The translations under genes were made by a program, and so were the position numbers. Positions 59,001 through 64,000 of a stretch of 64,000 bases of DNA are shown here, piece by piece. The DNA comes from Eledone cirrhosa (taxonomy: Eukaryota). Location of the stretch: NCBI GenBank assembly GCA_964016885.1, contig OZ024740.1:15004001-15068000 (forward strand), given 5' to 3'. Within the stretch, counting starts at the first letter, position 1. The number at the start of each line of letters is the position of its first letter. The notes beneath the pieces were generated by a model that saw only the letters and a program-made list of their open reading frames with translations, ran no database searches and was not told the DNA's origin.

Positions 59001-62000
59001 CCCACTAAACAGAGGTGTGAAATATAGGATGTTCTAAACACCTTCATGGTTATATTTCCCACTAAACAGAGGTGTGAAATATAGGATGTTGTAAACACCT
59101 TCATGGTTACATTTCCCACTAAACAGAGCTGTGAAATATAGGATGTTTAAAACACCTTCATGGTTATATTTCCTACTAAACAGAGGTGTGACATATAGGA
59201 TGTTTTAACACATTCATGGTTATATTTCCCACTAAACAGAGGTGTGAAATATAGGATGTTTTACACACCTTCATGGTTATATTTCCCACTAAACAGAGGT
59301 GTGAAATATAGGATGTTTTAAACACCTTCATGGCCATATTTCCCACTAAACAGAGGTGAGGAATATAGGATGTTTTAAACCCCTTCATGGTTATATTTCA
59401 CACTAAACAGAGGTGTGGAATATAGGATGCTTTAAACACCTTCATGGTTATAATTCCCACTAAACAGAGGTGTGAAATATAGGATGCTTTAAACACCTTC
59501 TTGGTTATATTTCCCACTAAACAGAGGTGTGAAATATAGGATGTTTTAAACACCTTCATTGTATATATTTCCCACTAAACAGAGGTGTTAAATATAGGAT
59601 GTTTTAAACACCTTCATGGTTATATTTCCCACTAAACAGAGGTGAGGAATATAGGATGTTTTAAACCCGTTCATGGTTATATTTCACACTAAACAGAGGT
59701 GTGGAATATACGATGCTTTAAACACCTTCATGGTTATATTTCCCACTAAACAGAGGTGTGAAATATAGGATGCTTTAAACACCTTCATGGTATATTTCCC
59801 ACTAAACAGAGGTGTGAAATATAGGATGTTTTAAACACCTTCATTGTTATATTTCCCACTAAACAGAGGTGTGAAATATAGGATGTTTTAAACACCTTCA
59901 TGGTTATATTTCCCACTAAACAGAGGTGTGCAATATAGGATGTTTTAAACACCTTCATGGTTATATTTCCCACTAAACAGAGGTGTGAAATATAGGATGT
60001 TTTAACACCTTCATGGTTATATTTCCCACTAAACAGAGGTGTGTAATATAGGATGTATAAAACATCTTCATGGTTATATTTCCCACTAAACAGAGGTGTG
60101 AAATATAGGATGTTTTAAAAACCTTCATGGTTATATTTCCCACTACACAGAGGTGGGAAATATAGGATGTTTTAAACACCTTCATGGTTATATTTCCCAC
60201 TAAACAGAGGTGTGAAATATAGGATGTTTTAATCCACTTCATGGTTATATTTCCCACTAAACAGAGGTGTGCAATATAGGATGTTTTAAACACCTTGATG
60301 ATTATATTTCCCACTAAACAGAGGTGTGAAATATAGGATGTTGTAAACAACTTCATAGTTATATTTCCCACTAAACAGAGGTTGTGAAATATAGGATGTT
60401 TTAAACACCTTCATGGTTATATTTCCCACTAAACAGAGGTGTGAAATATAGGATGTTTTAAACACCTTCATGGTTATATTTCCCACTAAACAGAGGTGAG
60501 GAATATAGGATGTTTTAAACCCCTTCATGGTTATATTTCACACTAAACAGAGGTGTGGAATATAGGATGCTTTAAACACCTTCATGGTTATATTTCCCAC
60601 TAAACAGAGGTGTGAAATATAGGATGCTTTAAACACCTTCATGGTATATTTCCCACTAAACAGAGGTGTGAAATATAGGATGTTTTAAACACCTTCATTG
60701 TTATATTTCCCACTAAACAGAGGTGTGAAATATAGGATGTTTTAAACACCTTCATGGTTATATTTCCCACTAAACAGAGGTGTGCAATATAGGATGTTTT
60801 AAACACCTTCATGGTTATATTTCCCACTAAACAGAGGTGTGAAATATAGGATGTTTTAACACCTTCATGGTTATATTTCCCACTAAACAGAGGTGTGTAA
60901 TATAGGATGTTTAAAACACCTTCATGGTTATATTTCCCACTAAACAGAGGTGTGAAATATAGGATGTTTTAAAAGCCTTCATGGTTATATTTCCCACTAA
61001 ACAGAGGTGTGAAATATAGGATGTTTTAAACACCTTCATGGTTATATTTCCCACTAAACAGAGGTGTGAAATATAGGATGCTTTAAACACCTTCATGGTT
61101 ATATTTCCAACTAAACAGAGGTGTGAAATATAGGATGTTTTAAACACCTTCATGGTTATATTTCCCACTAAACAGAGGTGTGAAATGTAGGATGTTTTAA
61201 AAACCTTCATGGTTATATTTCCCACTAAACAGAGGTGTGAAATATAGGATGTTTTAAACACCTTCATGGTTATATTTCCCACTAAACAGAGGTGTGAAAT
61301 ATAGGATGTTTTAAACCCCTTCATGGTTATATTTCCCACTAAACAGAGGTGTGCAATATAGGATGTTTTAAACACCTTCATGATTATATTTCCCACTAAA
61401 CAGAGGTGTGAAATATAGGATGTTGTAAACACCTTCATGGTTATATTTCCCACTACACAGAGGTGTGAAATATAGGGTGTTGTAAACACCTTCATGATTA
61501 TATTTCCCATTAAACAGAGGTGTGAAATATAGAATGTTTTAAATACGTTCATGGTTATATTTCCCAATAAACAGAGGTGTGAAATATAGGATGTTTCAAA
61601 CACCTTCATGGTTATATTTCCCACTAAACAGAGGTGTGAAATATAGGATGTTTTAAACACCTTCATGGTTATATTTCCCACTAAACAGAGGTGTGAAATA
61701 TAGGATGTTTTAAACACCTTCATGGTTATATTTCCCACTAAACAGAGCTGTGAAATATAGGATGTTTTAAACACCTTCATGATTATATTTCCCACTAAAC
61801 AGTGGTGTGAAATATAGGATGTTGTAAACACCTTCATGGTTATATTTCCCACTAAACAGAGGTGTGAAATATAGGATGTTTTCAACACCTTCATGGCTAT
61901 ATTTCCCACTAAACAGAGGTGAGGAATATAGGATGTTTTAAAGCCCTTCATGGTTATATTTCACACTAAACAGAGGTGTGAAATATAGGATGTTTTAAAC

Positions 62001-64000
62001 ACCTTCATGGTTATATTTCCCACTAAACAGAGGTGTGCAATATAGGATGTTTTAAACACCTTCATGGTTATATTTCCCACTAAACAGAGGTGTGAAATAT
62101 AGGATGTTTTAACACCTTCATGGTTATATTTCCCACTAAACAGAGGTGTGTAATATAGGATGTTTAAAACACCTTCATGGTTATATTTCCCACTAAACAG
62201 AGGTGTGAAATATAGGATGTTTTAAAAACCTTCATGGTTATATTTCCCACTACACAGAGGTGGGAAATATAGGATGTTTTAAACACCTTCATGGTTATAT
62301 TTCCCACTAAACAGAGGTGTGAAATATAGGATGTTTTAAACCCCTTCATGGTTATATTTCCCACTAAACAGAGGTGTGCAATATAGGATGTTTTAAACAC
62401 CTTGATGATTATATTTCCCACTAAACAGAGGTGTGAAATATAGGATGTTGTAAACACCTTCATGTTTATATTTCCCACTACAAAGAGGTGTGAAATATAG
62501 GGTGGTGTAAACACCTTCATGCTTATATTTCCCATTAAACAGAGGTGTGAAATATAGAATGTTTTAAATAACTTCATGGTTATATTTCCCAATAAACAGA
62601 GGTGTGAAATATAGGATGTTTCAAACACCTTCATGGTTATATTTCCCACTAAACAGAGGTGTGAAATATAGGATGTTTTAAACACCTTCATGGTTATATT
62701 TCCCACTAAACAGAGGTGTAAAATATAGGATGTTTTAAACACCTTCATGGTTATATTTCCCACTAAACAGAGGTGTGAAATATAGGATGTTTTAAACCCC
62801 TTCATGGTTATATTTCCCACTAAACAGAGGTGTGCAATATAGGATGTGTTAAACACCTTCATGATTATATTTCCCACTAAACAGAGGTGTGAAATATAGG
62901 ATGTTGTAAACACCTTCATGGTTATATTTCCCACTACACAGAGGTGTGAAATATATGGTGTTGTAAACACCTTCATGATTATATTTCCCACTAAACAGAG
63001 GTGTGAAATATAGAATGTTTTAAATACCTTCATGGTTATATTTCCCAATAAACAAGGAGTGAAATATAGGATGTTTTAAACACCTTCATGGTTATATTTC
63101 CCACTAAGCAGAGGTGTGAAATATAGGATGTTTTAAACACCTTCATGGTTATATTTCCCACTAAACAGAGGTGTGCAATATAGGATGTTTTAAACACCTT
63201 CATGGTTATATTTCCCACTAAACAGAGGTGTGAAATATAGGATGTTTTAACACCTTCATGGTTATATTTCCCACTAAACAGAGGTGTGAAATATAGGATG
63301 TTTTAAAAACCTTCATGATTATATTTCCCACTAAACAGAGGTGTGAAATATAGGATGTTTTAAACACCTTCATGGTTATATTTCCCACTAAACAGAGGTG
63401 TGAAATATAGGATGTTTTAAACCCCTTCATGGTTATATTTCCCACTAAACAGAGGTGTACAATATAGGATGTTTTAAACACCTTCATGATTATATTTCCC
63501 ACTAAACAGAGGTGTGAAATATAGGATGTTTTAAACACCTTCATGGTTATATTTCCCACTAAACAGAGGTGTGAAATATAGGATGTTTTAACCACCTTCA
63601 TGGTTATATTTCCCACTAAAGAGAGGTGTGAAATATAGGATGTTTTAAACACCTTCATGGTTATATTTCCCACTAAACAGAGGTAAGAAATATAGGATGT
63701 TTTAAACCCCTTCATGGTTATATTTCCCACTAAACAGAGGTGTGCAATATAGGATGTTTTAAACACCTTCATGATTATATTTCCCACTAATCAGAGGTGT
63801 GAAATATAGGATGTTGTAAACACCTTCATGGTTATATTTCCCACTACACAGAGGTGTGAAATATAGGATGTTGTAAACACCATCATGATTATATTTCCCA
63901 CTAAACAGAGGTGTGAAATATAGAATGTTTTAAATACCTTCATGGTTATATTTCCCAATAAACAGAGGTGTGAAATATAGGATGTTTTAAACACCTTCAT
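53100..64000. repeat. Imperfect ~7.0-7.3 kb duplication (about 53.1-56.9 kb repeated at about 60.4-64 kb) with whole-monomer indels between copies
   Basis: ORF offsets 53291/60639 and 53563/60911 (7348), 55158/62164 (7006), 56099/63218 and 56672/63791 (7119). Shared variants CTACAAAGAG, GGGTGGTGT, AATAACTTC, GTGTACAAT and ACACCATCAT. Confidence 0.8.

Larger units (their letters stand above)
1..64000. repeat. Tandem satellite DNA array, 57-bp monomer, about 1,120 copies, single orientation, running off both window edges
   Basis: The monomer CCCACTAAACAGAGGTGTGAAATATAGGATGTTTTAAACACCTTCATGGTTATATTT recurs every 57 bp (56 or 58 in 1-bp indel variants) from the first to the last base. Most copies have only 0-4 differences from consensus. 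The ORF track shows a matching 19-aa periodicity throughout. Confidence 0.99.

Noticed and set aside
328-64000. All ORFs in the ORF track as protein-coding genes
   Set aside because: They are translations of the satellite in a stop-free frame. There are no unique termini or domains, many starts are just a GTG in the repeat, and stops and frameshifts are frequent and propagated.
1-64000. CRISPR array
   Set aside because: There are no unique spacers: all 57 positions are conserved between units. No leader or cas genes are present.
1-64000. Hammerhead-ribozyme satellite (as in newt satellite 2 or schistosome Sm-alpha)
   Set aside because: GAAA and hairpins are present, but the conserved CUGANGA core is absent from both strands of the consensus.
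1-64000. Alpha-satellite relationship or CENP-B box (3 x 57 = 171 bp)
   Set aside because: No TTCG....A..CGGG motif and no CpG in the consensus. I saw no 3-monomer periodicity of variants and no recognisable similarity, so the length match is treated as coincidence.
1-64000. Telomeric repeat, G-quadruplex array, or promoters/terminators from TATA-like and hairpin motifs
   Set aside because: There is no short G-rich telomere unit, and only one GGG run per 57 bp on the minus strand of the consensus. TATA-like words are expected in AT-rich repeats and there is no gene context.
1-64000. Embedded transposon, inversion or unique island
   Set aside because: Reading through the window I found no break in the 57-bp register beyond 1-bp indels and no reverse-orientation monomers.

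Overview
The whole 64 kb window is one uninterrupted, head-to-tail tandem satellite array of a 57-bp monomer (about 1,120 copies, 33% GC, no CpG in the consensus). Consensus on the + strand: CCCACTAAACAGAGGTGTGAAATATAGGATGTTTTAAACACCTTCATGGTTATATTT. I saw no unique sequence, inversion, transposon, RNA gene or credible protein-coding gene. All listed ORFs arise because 57 = 19 codons and one minus-strand frame lacks a stop in the consensus. The structure lies in the variant pattern: recurrent 4-, 5- and 8-monomer modules, local duplications of 1.5-7 kb, zones with their own diagnostic variants, and a return of the window-start haplotype about 58 kb downstream. The monomer contains two imperfect inverted repeats, and several variants convert them into perfect ones, including a clustered change that creates the palindrome TTTAGATCTAAA. 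It is most likely eukaryotic heterochromatic or (peri)centromeric satellite DNA (inference); the organism and family cannot be identified from the sequence alone. Boundaries were read by eye and from ORF-track offsets, so they are approximate to about one monomer.
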